Positions 24,864 to 37,987 of a stretch of DNA of 64,000 nucleotides are shown in pieces; position 1 is the stretch's first letter; each line of letters begins with the position of its first letter. This DNA is from Eledone cirrhosa. Lineage: Eukaryota. Location: contig OZ024741.1 of assembly GCA_964016885.1 (NCBI GenBank), positions 55,862,001 to 55,926,000 on the forward strand. The letters are read 5' to 3'. Both the position numbers and the translations under genes were made by a program. The notes beneath the pieces are model-generated. The model made no database searches, was not told where the DNA came from, and was given only the letters and a program-made list of their open reading frames with translations.

Positions 24864-26079
24864 ATGAAATATACAGCAAAAACAATTGGAGGAAGAAAAT
24901 AATACAATTCAGTTTATATTACTGCATAGCTTACGGGGCCAATGCTTTATCTTAACAAAAGCTAACACTCAGGAGATCCTCCCGAAACACGTCCTGCACT
25001 TTATGATTAAATACTGCCAATCCTACCTCAAGTTTAATATCAATACGGATCTCCAGAACTACGAATTTATCAAACAGAAAGAGTCAGTTACCCCTGCTGA
25101 TTTTTTTAACATCACCGAAGATACCAGCTTCCCCACACCAACCGCAACAACCTCTATTAAAAATCACCACCACGGGCTAATGTTGTACATAGTTACTCTT
25201 TACAGAGTGGAGAATGCAGGCACCGGTCTAGAGGTAAGGGATTACAAGCAGAACATCATTAAAGCCTTCAACAATCATCGTATGACGCACCCGTACAGAT
25301 ACGACCAGGACATGCTCCTCAACGGTGCCCTGAGCCATATAGTCAGGAACTATCAAGTTTTCCAAATGATGGCAGCAATAGACTATTTCCTCTATAATTA
25401 CAACACTCATGATCTGTCGCTGTTGAGACGGGGGACCATATTGGCAAGGTATGAAGGAATGCATATTATAGAGGTCATTGACCACTTCAGAGACACGCTC
25501 AATCTAACCATAACTGATTTGGTTTGTTTAGTGGTCAATGAAGCTGGAGTTAACGAGACCATGAGAGTACTGAAATCTTTAAGCGCAGGAGCATCGGATA
25601 CAGGGATTTTCCCCTACCAAAAGTCCCTGGGACTAATTAACAAATGTGTCTTTTCCGCAGGGTCAAACCCATACCTGCACACTTTCTTTGGTATGATAGG
25701 GTGTCTGGATAAAGACAAACGTTTCATTCATTCTAAGAACATAGAGCCAGGACATGTGGAAGGCGCACTCATGGACGCGCTTGCTTTCAGAGTCGCCTTC
25801 CGGTCCAAATCGTATAAACACCACTTTGTTCCGAATTAATTATTAGCAGAAGAGGCGGCTGTTGCAGACACCAAACATGCAGGATACATGATAGCTGGAC
25901 TGATGATCCAGCTTTTGGATCAGTACCCAAATCCGTCTAGCTTTATATCAACATTCAGGAAAAATCAATTGACTAAAGTTAGATCAGGAACCCTAGGCCA
26001 AGCCTTCAACGAAGCTATATCAGAAGCCCAACGAGCAGAAGCGTACCCAGGATTGCTGGAACTCATGAGAAATTCCTGA
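24864..26079 (+). pseudogene. Endogenous viral element: rhabdovirus-like nucleoprotein (N)
   Basis: MMAAIDYFL..HDLSLLRRGTILARYEG..GIFPYQKSLGLINKCVFSAGSNPYLHTFFGMIGCL resembles vesiculovirus N (AAVDMFF..FRYGTIVSRFKD..SYMPYLIDFGLSSKSPYSSVKNPAFHFW, recalled). About 400 codons overall, with a frameshift near 24890 and an in-frame TAA at 25837-25839. Confidence 0.85.
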
Positions 26080-26149
26080 TTTTAAGACCAAATCATTCAC
26101 CACCGAAAAGACATTTTTATATATATAGAACTACATTAGAAAAAAAAAG

Positions 26150-26320
26150 TGTAATATATTCTCCGGTGCAGGAATAAGCGAATCCTTTCTCGTCTGTTCG
26201 TGTCCGCGGTTCGTGAGAAAGCTCCTGGTGTGTGACCGGATGTATCTTGCCCCCCGCTCTCTGAAAAATCATTAAGGGGAGGCAACTGCTAGTTGCTAAG
26301 CGACCATCTCAGTCACTACA
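26150..26320 (+). repeat. 171-bp direct repeat, copy 2
   Basis: TGTAATAT...CACTACA; preceded by AG-A9-G. Confidence 0.95.
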
Positions 26321-26887
26321 AGCGTGTTGGCTCGCCTCAAAAATTCCCGTTGACCCTTGTGATGTGTAACTGATTGTCGCACTTGGCGAATTGATGGTCG
26401 TTTTGTTTTTGTTTCCCCTTTTGTTTCTCTCGCTTTGATCGTATATTTTGGTGTGTTGTATTCGTTAGATTCATAGTTAATTGTGTTTATTGTATGTTTT
26501 ATATTTGTGTTAATTTTTTTTTTCTCAATATAGTTTTATTATACAAAGCACATAGATAAATTTACAGTAGAATAACATAACAAATATGTTTTAAATATAT
26601 ACATAAATAACCTTACAAATGCTTACATAATATTATAAATTGCTCGCGATTCTTCCAGAAGAATATATTCTTTTAATGTTGCGATATTAAAGAAAATATA
26701 AAGGAAGAGGTGAACAACCGAGCCAACACCAGAGCAAAAGACAACAGCGTCGCGAGGAGTACCGGGCAACATTTCATTCTGAAAGAATTGTGAACAATTT
26801 GTAATGGTATTTATACAACTGTGAATAAAATTATTCGGTTTTAAAAAATAAAGTAATGTAAGTATCGTTGCTTGGAAAGGAAAAAAG

Positions 26888-27175
26888 GAAAACACAGCTC
26901 TCATGATTTTCGGAAACATTTTTTCACGCTCAGAATTGCTGAAGCATGGAACAAACTACCTGCATCAGTTGTTGGCTGTCGAAACACGGCATCTTTTAAA
27001 ACTTCCATGCTTCCCGAAATTCGTCAACACTACACCTGATATCCACCACCCCTACACACGCACGCATGTATCTGTGTGTATATCATGACTCATACACTGT
27101 TCACTTTCCTGACATTTATACATTATTCTATGCACTATACATGCACCTTTCATGAGTTGAAGTGCACCTGGGCAG
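26888..27175 (+). mobile_element. CR1-like LINE 3' end
   Basis: RKHFFTLRIAEAWNKLPASVVGCRNTASFK, typical CR1 ORF2 C-terminus. Confidence 0.7.
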
Positions 27176-28608
27176 GGTACACAATAGTTTTCATTTTCAT
27201 CGGTAGAGGGTCGGACGCCATGCTTTGCAGCAAAGAGTTACGGCCCTTTATGATCTGAGTTCAAATCCCGCCGAGGTTAACTTTGCCTTTCATCGTTACG
27301 AGGTCGATAAAATAAAGTACCAGTAATGCACTGGTTAATTGCTGGCCTTGTGCCAAAAGTAGAAACAATTATTATTATAAAACATGGAATGAATGTTTAG
27401 CTCTAGAACACAATTAATCAAACATTAAGAAAATACGACATTTAGAGAAAATATATTTAATGATTTTAACAACAAAATGGTGTGTTTCATCAAGCAGACT
27501 TTCGCCTCACCGCACTACTTTCTTCCTAGTTTAACCAGAAGGCTCTCTGGTGCATCTACTTCTATCAAGTATTCTTTTCTTTTTAATTCTGAGTTGTTTG
27601 CCTTTGTTTGGATTTCTTGAATATTGTTCAACAATGTTTACCTCAACTCGATACAGGTATAGTTGTAGCGAAATCTGTCCACACCTTGACCCCTGGGTGA
27701 CATTTAACAGTCAAATTCTGGGTTACCTTCTTTTTGGCGTAAACAGATCTCTGGAGGTCACCCTGGTGGTCCTCGAGGCAGGGCACAGAGAAAGCGACAG
27801 ATATAAATAGCCTGTCTTAGACCAAGCAAAAGGCAGTTCGAAGCAGTTCCTGATAGAGTAACGATGTAAAACATTTGCTTTCTACAAATACATTTGGGGT
27901 CTACAGACTATTACTCTTTCTACGGATCTTACGAACTCTCACCTTCTCTTGTTACTGGGCTTTGACTACTACCTTGCTGCTACGACTAACGAACGACATC
28001 TTGCCACTCTCTATTTCAGCAGAACGAAATAACAGCAAAACCATCGTCAACCTTTATGACTTGTAGTAATCTTATTCTTTGTTCCTTTATTCACTGAAGT
28101 AAAGTAAATTTTATATTTAAACGAAACCATTTATTTTGTCGTGTTATTTCACCTCTAACACGCTTACTAACTTCGCTTCGTTTCATCTCCTTATAATATA
28201 TAACCAGCAATTTCTCTGTCTGTCTGTCCGACAGTGGAAACACGTGCGCGCGTGCGAATGTTTTTTGCGCGTGCGAATGTTTTTTGCGCACGCGTAGAGA
28301 GAGAGTGAGAGTGAAAGAAAGAGACAGACTAAGAGAGGGGGATAGCGAGAGGGAGAGAGAGAGAGAGAGTGAATAGACGCTAAAACACGTGCGCACGTGC
28401 GAATGTTTTTTGCGCACGCGTAGAGAGAGAGTAAGAGTGAAAGAAAGAGACAGACTACAAGAGGGGGATAGTGGGAGGGAGAGAGGGGGGAATTTCTGTG
28501 TGTGTGAAATATATATATATATACACACACAGAAATATATATACATTTCTGTGTGTGTAATATATATATATACTAGCAGAAAACCGCCCACGGGTGGTTT
28601 TCTGCTCG

Positions 28609-29063
28609 TCTATATATCTAAAACAGAGAATGTCTGTCTGTCTGTCTGTCCGATCCCTAAAACTAGAGAACCACCCAGCCGATTATTTTCAAACTTTACA
28701 CATGTAATACTTATGGTCCTGTGAGTGTTTTGAGAAATTTCAAATTTTCAATGCCCTAGGGACCGCATTAGGCGATTTAGCGATCTCTCTCTATAATTCT
28801 TAGGCTTTCTCTTTTTAGATAGATACATAGATATAACATTGCGCCCTTATAATATCTGTCTGTATGTCTGGCTGTCTGCATTACGACATTATGACGCGGT
28901 GTGTGTGTATATATGTTTATATAGTGTCTGTATATATATATATATAGTGTGTGTAACGTTTTTCGAAATATTTACTTCTACGTTCACAGATTGAATTTTT
29001 TAGTTTCAGAAGATTCTGTTAAGGGTGAAATCAGCGATTCTTTGCTTAAATTTTAATCTGTAA

Positions 29064-29104
<41 letters not shown>

Positions 29105-29243
29105 GTGAACAGATATTTTTGCATACACAATAACAAAATATAAACAAACGTATTTATTTCACGAGGCTCGATAAGGATAAATATATATCAAATATATAAG
29201 AACCCTAGAGCAAATCCCGAGCAACGCCGGGCCATTCTGCTAG
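28609..29243 (+). mobile_element. Non-autonomous Helitron
   Basis: 5' TCTATATATCTAAAAC..(GTCT)n; 3' hairpin CCCGAGCAACGCCGGG followed by CTAG|T. Confidence 0.7.
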
Positions 29244-29855
29244 TAGTCTCTATAAAACTAAAATGATCATACTGGCCACGTTAAATATGTTAGTACTCGA
29301 TTTTTTCTTGCGTATGAGAGCTGCAATTATGTGATGTCCCCAAGCGTTGTAACGAGATCATGGTAGTGGGTTTAGAGTATGTGAAGTAGGGTGTATGTGA
29401 GGCGGTGGAAGTATTTCTGAATTGGGCGGGGTCCAAATTTGGTCAATTTAGTTGTAGTGATTAGTTTAGCTGTTATTATCAAATATCAACCAAGATATAA
29501 AAAAAACTTCGATATGCGATAAACATAACATGTACATAAATTGTAGCGCATATACAAATAGATGTGTGTTTTGGTAGTTTGGGGAGAAAAATATAACTAT
29601 TGGGGGAGGGAGCATGCCTTTACCACCCTCCCCTCAGTTCCACCGACCCTGTAAGGTCCATATTCTTAGTATATGTTCAGCTGTCTGCTCCGGTGAGCCA
29701 CACAAGCAAGCTACTGATGGTTACAACCCCCAGTAGTGCATAGCTGCATTGAATCGGTCGACACCTGTGTGTAGCCGATTCAGAGACACCTACTTCCTCT
29801 GAGAGGTTAGCGCCTGTCGTGATGGCAATATTAGGGTTGACAGTACGGCGGTGGA

Positions 29856-30035
29856 TTGGCAGTATCGGTAGAGGGTCGGACGCCATGCTTTCCAGCATAG
29901 TTACGTCCCTTTATGATCTGAGTTCAAATCCCGCCGAGGTTGACTTTGCCTTTCATCCTTACGGGGTCGATAAAATAAAGTACCAGTAATGAACTGGGTA
30001 TTTGCTGGCCTTGTGCCTAAAGTAGAAACAAATAT
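29856..30035 (+). mobile_element. SINE family B (Meta-domain-like core); other copies ~14868, 21940, 27198, 34210, 34345, 41895, 42040 and degenerate minus-strand copies at 18975-19560, 20955, 38770
   Basis: GAGTTCAAATCC B-box then GCCTTTCATCCTTACGGGGTCGATAAAATAAAGTACC, repeated many times in the window. Confidence 0.75.
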
Positions 30036-31429
30036 TAGGGGTGACAGTCATTTGGGTATGCCGAGATGCCTGTTGCCAGCTAACTCTCCCCGTCTGAAAC
30101 ATTTAGTACTTAGCAAGCAGAAGATCGCAAGCTATCAAGGTATCGGTCACTCTCCAATAGGTTTGTCGTCGAACCTGAAGCAGTAAAGACTTCTGGTGTT
30201 CTTGGTTCTTGGACCACTTACATACTCACTACTACCGGGACGTAGCTGGCCACCCGCAGGAGTAAGCCCCACCCTGCCAGTTGGAATGGCTATCCAACGC
30301 ACCTTTCTCGCTATCTTTGAAGGTAACGTTTTCTCCTTTCTGTCCTATAGAACCACTAGGCGACCTCTGCACGGACTCCCACACACCAGAGGACGCTTGC
30401 TCACACCACCCGGGCCTGCATCACTGTGGTAGCGATTTTGAGTTATACTGCTGTTATACATATATAGACACATACATACACGCATACTTCAAAATATTGT
30501 ACTCTTGGCTCTCGAATAATCGCCACCTCACCGCTTATTAAGTTTTTCCACACCCCACCCCCACTCTTATCCCTCCATCCCATCCCTCGCTTAATAAACT
30601 TTGCTAATCTATCTCCAGCGGAATTATATTTTAAGTGGTAGCATTCCTGCAACAATTAATTTTCTTTATATACTAAAAACATACATAACAAAAAATACAT
30701 TACACGAAATCCCATACGTTATAAAAGAAATAGGATGAGTTATGGTCTCAATATGTAAACTAAACGACTAATTCTACTTTTTAAAAAATGAACGGAGACA
30801 ACCTAGAAAAATTACCGATTTCCAACACCACCACCACTTATTCCAACCCCCTCCCCCTATTATTGGGGACCCGAAAGTAATTAAGACGATAATTGCAAGG
30901 GGGGTAACTCTAACATTCAAGGACAGTTAAATATTTATTCATATAAGTATAAAAGCGGCTGAGTGGTTAGTACGTCGAGTGGAATGCTTTTCGGTATTTG
31001 TTCCGGTCCTCTGCGCTCGCGGTTCAAATCCTTCCAAGGTCAACTTTGACTTCTATCCTTTCGAGATCGATAAAAAAAAAGTACCAATCCAATACTAGGG
31101 TCGATTCTTCCTCTGTATCTCTTTCTCACTTCCTCTCTGTCACTCTCATTCTCCTTTTCTGGAAGAAATCAGCTGTGTTCAAACTCTAAGAGGTTTTTAA
31201 ATGCTCAAAACATTTACTGAGGGCATTTTGTATGTCACTACAGCGAACCCTAAGACTCCATTAGAAGTTACGGGCCCATACATGAAAAAAAAAAAGCATT
31301 CTGCCAATTCGCCACCTTCACTATACGTATAGATTGGTGTAAACACATTGTCTACGTGATTACTGGATATCACCCCTAGTCTGTCATGGCTTACTACCTC
31401 TGTACGGGCGTTTAAATTCGGAGGAACCC

Positions 31430-32300
31430 CCTTTCGATCAATTGTATGTATTCGCGATCATATTCTTTCGGTCATTACCCAAGATTCATGACCATTGGAA
31501 AGGGTTGGAACGAATACTGATTTGAAGATAGTGAGTTTGGCTTTTAAACTTACTACTTCTGATTACCGAAGGCTGAAGCTAACACATTACTACACCAGCT
31601 CCTGCAACTCTTGCACTAATCCAGCCTCCTGCCTTCCATCACTCATGAACACAACCCTGAGATACTTGAACTTTTCCACCTGCTTCAGTAGAAGTCCACT
31701 TACATGTAGAGTGCACTGCGCAAGCTTCTTTGAGATGACAAGTGTCTCAGTCTTCGCAGCACTGATTTTCATTCCAGCCGTGCAGCACTCAGCATCAAAC
31801 CTATCAAGTGCATGTCGGAAATCACCTTCTGACGACATAAGTAATACCATATCGTCTGTAAATTCCAGCTGACAGTTGTGATACCACTTCCATCCCGGCT
31901 GAACATGTCAATCTAGTTCATGAAGATTATGATCAGGAGAGGTCACAGTATGCACCCTTGACAGAGTCTGACACCCATATTGAATGGTTCCGGTTTAGCA
32001 CCATTTATCCGAACACAAATATTAGGGCATTTGAATAGAGCAGTGGTTCCCAAAGTGGGTTCGGCAAAGGAGTGTCAGGGGTTCCATGAAAAAAGGTAGA
32101 GGAGTATATTTATATCACGACCATATAACAGTATTAGACTTTGGGGTTTCCTCAAAAGTTTCTGAACCAAAAAGGGTTCCACGTTTGAAAAAGTTTGGGT
32201 TACCCTGGTATAGAGACATCAGGGCAATAAGAAGCTGTCAATCAATCCCACACCCTTGCACAAACCTCCATGGCAGGTCCCATGGTATCTAGATGGTTAA
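31430..32300 (-). mobile_element. Decayed RTE LINE RT fragment
   Basis: VRLCQGCIL, DDMVLL, GMKISAAKTETLV, QVEKFKYL on the minus strand. Confidence 0.75.
32041..32207. mobile_element. hAT-type MITE nested in the RTE fragment
   Basis: TIRs CAGTGGTTCCCAAA / TTTGGGTTACCCTG; 8-bp TSD GAATAGAG / GTATAGAG. Confidence 0.75.
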
Positions 32301-33179
32301 TTAAGATATTCAGTCATTCACAAAATCCCAACACAACTGGAACTAGGTCGTCTTTGTGTACCTTCAATGAAGTCAATAAGACATTTTTCTTTATTCAAGC
32401 AGCACTCATAGAGACCACAACTGTACAGTAAACAAGTGGCTTTATATGACATGATAGCATAAAGAGATCAGGGAGTGGCGTTATAACAATTAAGTTGATA
32501 TGGAAATTTTGAATTATATTAATTTGTGGACCTTTTCTTATTATCGTGTTGAAGGCGTAGACAGATTTTCAATACAATTTAACTCAATTTAATTGGTGGT
32601 GGGGCGTATGTGTGTATGTGTTGTATGTGTACGTGTGTGTTGCATATGTGTGGGCGCTGTGTATGTGTATGTTTGCTGTGTGCGTGTATGCGTGTGTGCG
32701 TGTATGTGTGTAAGCAGCATGGTCGAATGGTTAAGGTTCGCATCCTATTCATTAAGTCCAGGTTCGATCCCACTGCGTGTCATCTTGGGCAAGTGTCATT
32801 GTGTATGTATGTGTGTACGTATATGTATATATGTATGTGTGCGAGTGCGTATGTGCTTGTCTGTGTCTGAGTGTGCGATCACGTGTTTGTTGTGTATGTT
32901 CGTGTCATGGATGTGTGTGTGTACATGTATATATGTGTGCGAGTGCGTATGCGCGTGTCTGTGTGTGCACGAACGTATGTGTGTATGTGTATGTGTGTAT
33001 GCATATGTGCGTGTCTGTGTGTGCGATCACGTGTATGTATGTGTATGTTCGCGTCGTGGATGTGTATGTGTGTGTGTGCGAGCAAGTGTGTAATATTTAT
33101 ATTTTAAAATGTTTATTGCCATATGTTCACAAATGTTATATCATTTCACTCCTCGCGGAAATTTCTTTCAGTTAACAAC

Positions 33180-34120
33180 ATATATGTATTTATATATGTA
33201 TGTTTATGTATTTATATATGTATGTTTATGTATTTATATATGTTTATGTATTTATATATGTATGTTTATGTATATATATATGTATGTTTATGTATTTATA
33301 TATGTATGTTTATGTATTTATATATGTATGTTTATGTATTTATATATGTATGTTTATGTATTTATATATGTATGTTTATGTATTTATATATGTATGTTTA
33401 TGTATTTATATATGTATGTTTATGTATTTATATATGTATGTTTATGTATTTATATATGTATGTTTATGTATTTATATATGTATGTTTATGTATTTATATA
33501 TGTATGTTTATGTATTTATATATGTATGTTTATGTATTTATATATGTATGTTTATGTATTTATATATGTATGTTTATGTATTTATATATGTATGTTTATG
33601 TATTTATATATGTATGTTTATGTATTTATATATGTATGTTTATGTATTTATATATGTATGTTTATGTATATATATATGTATGTTTATGTATTTATATATG
33701 TATGTTTATGTATTTATATATGTATGTTTATGTATTTATATATGTATGTTTATGTATTTATATATGTATGTTTATGTATTTATATATGTATGTTTATGTA
33801 TATATATATGTATGTTTATGTATTTATATATGTATGTTTATGTATTTATATATGTATGTTTATGTATATATATATGTATGTTTATGTATTTATATATGTA
33901 TGTTTATGTATTTATATATGTATGTTTATGTATTTATATATGTATGTTTATGTATTTATATATGTTTATGTATTTATATATGTATGTTTATGTATATATA
34001 TATGTATGTTTATGTATTTATATATGTATGTTTATGTATATATATATGTATGTTTATGTATTTATATATGTATGTTTATGTATTTATATATGTATGTTTA
34101 TGTATATATGTATGTATGTA
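33180..34120. repeat. 22-bp low-complexity minisatellite, ~42 copies
   Basis: Unit TATATATGTATGTTTATGTATT. Confidence 0.97.
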
Positions 34121-36304
34121 TTTCACATCAATTGTATTACATGTATTACACTTTTACTATTTTACCTGTTCTAGCCAACTGGTTATAACTGGCGTGCCAC
34201 CATTATGTTGCAGTCTGAGTTCAACCCCGCCCAGGTTAACTTTGCCTTTCATCCTTACGGGGTCAATAAAATAAAGTACCAGTAATGTACTGGGTAATTT
34301 CTGGCCTTGTGCCAAAAGTAGAAACAATTATGTTGCAGGTTGATTGGCAGTATCGTTAGAGGGTCGGACGCCATGCTTTGCAGCAAAGAGTTACAGGCCT
34401 TTATGATCTGAGTTCAAATCCCACCGAGGTTAACTTTGCCTTATGGGGTCGATAAAATAAAGTACCAGTAATGCACTGAGATAATTGCTGGCCTTGTGCC
34501 AAAAGTAGAAACAATTATGTTGCAAGTAATTTCAATAGTTTCATTTTCTTACATATTCTACATTTATTTATTTCCTAATATCGTTACATCATATCCATCT
34601 TTTCACTTTCGGTTTTAGTGAATTTCTACTTGCATTTTTTTTTTTTTTTTTTACAGAACTGAATTAGGAATTTACCATGATTTTAATATAGAAAGGCATT
34701 TAGGTTTTCTTATTTGAGCTTCATTTTTTTTATCACTTTGTCTATGCTGGTTTTGTTTCCTAACTTTTTATGGTGTCCACAAGAGTGTCAGCTACAAAGC
34801 TTGGCTAGATGTGGTTCCACCACAGCTGAACACATTGCTGTCCTTTCTCATTAAACTCTGCCAAGTCCAATGCTGTGCAGGGGTGTTCTAGCTTGGGATA
34901 TATCAGGAGGTGCTGCGTAGTTTGTGGTTTCATAACTGTAAGGGGTACTAGATACCTCACTCTGGTCTACCATGGCTTATTAGCTCTATACGGACGTTTA
35001 AATTGATTAAATGAATAAATAAGTGAGGATTAAATATTGCATCTACTGGATGCATTTTATCATAAAACAAACTCTACCTCCATACAGAGTGGACTGGGTG
35101 CATTTTATCGTGGCACCAGCATTACCACTTTGCATGGTAGGCTGGGTGTATTTTGTCGTAGCACCAGCACTGCGGTGCTTGTTGGTCATTTACTAAACTA
35201 AAGAACCCTTCACTACTATATGGGGGTGGAGGAAGAGGGAGGATACTGTGTCCCAGGGCAGCAGTATTTAGGGAGTGAGAGAGTGGGTAAGAAGGGTGGT
35301 AAATATGAAGTCATGGGTGTATGACAATAGGTGGGGAGGGGATATGGAAGGGTAGCAAATATGAAGTTATGTGTGACAAGAGGTGGGGGGGGGACCAGAG
35401 GTGTGGGGGCAGACCAGAGGTGGGGAGGGGGACAAGAGCTGTGAGTGATCAAGATTAGATTGGATAAGGGGATACGGTAATGATGAGTTTAAGTACTGAA
35501 GAGCTATGGGATGTGAGGTTGGATTAAAGGGGTGGAGGAAGGGATTGATCTCGGATAGAGTTGGAGGGTGGGGTGTACAATAAAGGAGACAAGGGTGGGA
35601 GTGAAGGGAAAGACAGTTCAGTGTTAAAGACAAAAGTTACTAAAAACAACTATGGTGAGCGTGCCTGAGATTTATACAGGTAAATAAGATGAGAGAAGCC
35701 CCTACCTGATTGCTTGACACGCTAGATAGCAGCAAAATTGCCCTAGTAAAGTGGTTGTGATGGCAACACGACAAATAGCCCCCAGCCCATACTGTAAAGT
35801 GGTCGTATAGGAGTCACAATAAAAATCACCCAGTCCACACTGTAAAGTGATCATGTAGGCGACATGACAAAAAGCACCCAGCCCACACTGTGAAGTGGTC
35901 ATGTACAAGTCACAATAAAAATCACCCAGACCGCACTGTAAAGTAATCATGTAGGTGACATGGCAAAATGCACCCAGTACCCACTGTAAATGAGGTTGGC
36001 ATTAGGAAGGACATCCTGCTGTAGAAACCAAGCCAGAATCAATTCTATATAAGCAAGACATGGTCACCAGACCTGGCATTGCTTACAACAGGGCAAAACT
36101 CGTCTAACCCATGCCAGCGTGGGAAAATACATTATATAAAACCCACAATATAAAAAAATGCAATATATCTTGGACATAAAAAAAGACTGTATGGTCATGG
36201 TTGAAACTTCAGAGCTGACTTAGTACAACACAATAACAACAAAAAGAAAAAAAACAGTATGTTAATTTCAACTATATTTCTCAAAATATAAACAATCGGA
36301 TGAG

Positions 36305-36355
36305 TCAGTCTTTCGGCAATAATCGTCCTTGTAAAAGCTCCCATGCTTTCTCAAC
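36305..36355 (-). CDS. COASY: CoA synthase terminal coding exon
   Basis: CAG acceptor; VEKAWELLQGRLLPKD-TGA, like the COASY C-terminus VEKAWALLQKRIPK. Confidence 0.92.
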   Translation of the reverse strand, partial: VEKAWELLQGRLLPKD

Positions 36356-36458
36356 CTGTTGTAACGACAAATAAAAAAATTATTTTTAAACTTCATATAT
36401 ATATAAATAGTTCAAGGAGACAACAAACAGGTACAAAAAGTCTTATTAGTTACATGCT

Positions 36459-36554
<96 letters not shown>

Positions 36555-37539
36555 TATATATATATAAATATTAATATTCTACCCAATTAAGGTAGGACTC
36601 ATTGAGGTATTTAGAACTCAATGTACTGTAGATATGAATATCTCATTGAAACACAGCAAAATTTGTTTTTATGAAAAAGTTGTATCTTATTGCATGTCAC
36701 TGAGTATTCAAAAACTAGTCAGATATATAATGTTGAACCACGAAAACAAATAAGTCAAGGTCTAGTACGTAAATTAATCCAATGTTTACGATTGTTTCAA
36801 AAGGCAAAATAAACTAAGATATTATCAATATATTGTCTAATTGGTAGCAGTTATTCAACTACATAGTATTAGCCTTGGTAAAATACATCCAACTGAGGCT
36901 AACAAAATGGAATTGCATAAATGCTAATGATTAGTCAATATAACAATATCTTAGTTCATTTTAGCCTGTGAAATAAAAAATAAAATAATAGATTAAATAA
37001 GCACTAAACTGTATCTTATTTGTTTCCATATATAATTTGACACCTTTTAAAATCTGAAATTCCTCAGCACACTGACATCAGCCATACTCACTGAACCAGA
37101 ACACTCCAATTCTTCTTCTCTTCTCTCACTTTCTGACCATCATTTTTGGTGCAAAAATTACTGTGCCCAATTACATGATTGTCACCAACAAATAAAATGG
37201 CAAATACAATTTTGAGCCACTTTTTCTGGGCGCGAAATTTACTGTACCTTATCACATGACAGTCATCAACCAAACAAATTACATTTTAAAGAAATGGCAA
37301 TCTGAACCACTTTTTTCATATAAAACAGAAAGAATTTTCAAACTCCAACTAGATGCAAGACAAACCACAAAAGAAATACAAACTCTTCATCTCAATTTTA
37401 TTTTTGAAAATCATAAGAACTGTGAAACCGATAAAGTAAATGAATATTCTTAAAAAGACTCCAGTTAAATTTTCAATTTCTTTTCCTTACATTTTTACCC
37501 ATATGGGACATTTTAAAAAACCTTACGTTCTTATATATA

Positions 37540-37935
37540 GAGAGAGAGAGAAAGAGAAAAGGTGAAATTGGAAATAGCACGGAAAATATATATTTAGGAT
37601 CTGTTTTTCTTTTTTTTTCCTTTCGTCAAAGTAACATTATTGAAAAAATGAGAGGGACAATTCTTTTAAAAAAAGAGTTTTATAATGTATATAAAATATA
37701 ACCGGTTTCGATGTATTAGCAAAATCCATCTTATCAAATGTTGAGTATTACAATTAAAAAGAATTAATAAGAATTAAAAACTAAAGATTTAAAATTAAGT
37801 GTTGAGGCAAGTTTTTTTCATTTTCCTCTCATTTTTTTCAATAATGTCACTTTGACAAATCAAAGAAAAGGAAAAAAAAGAAAAACAAATCTTTAAATAT
37901 ATTTTCCGTGCTATTTCCAATTTCACCTTTTCTCT
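37540..37935. repeat. ~120-bp inverted repeat enclosing a degenerate hammerhead-like core
   Basis: AGAAAAGGTGAAATTGGAAATAGCACGGAAAAT.. versus ..ATTTTCCGTGCTATTTCCAATTTCACCTTTTCT; loop reads TTGATAA-GATG..CATC-GAAA-CCGG on the minus strand. Confidence 0.8.
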
Positions 37936-37987
37936 ATAACCACTGTTTTGTATAGAACCTTACTTCCCTTTTCAAATATATATATAT

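Noticed and set aside
24886-25839. Intact expressed 317-aa viral protein as given by the ORF track
   Set aside because: It starts at TTG; the likely true ATG (24864) is out of frame and the C-terminal ~80 codons lie behind a stop, so it is treated as a pseudogene pending read-level checks.
27664-28160. Possible solo LTR (TGTAG..TAACA with TATAAATAG)
   Set aside because: No second copy and no TSD visible; boundaries uncertain.
32714-32800. tRNA gene
   Set aside because: A/B boxes run into a CTTGGGCAAG SINE body with no cloverleaf; it is a SINE head.
33109-34274. Three long overlapping Y/M/I/C/V-rich ORFs
   Set aside because: Artefacts of a stop-free 22-bp repeat; the same applies to the many (TA)n/(TG)n ORFs at 84-1024, 32593-33175 and 57989-58488.
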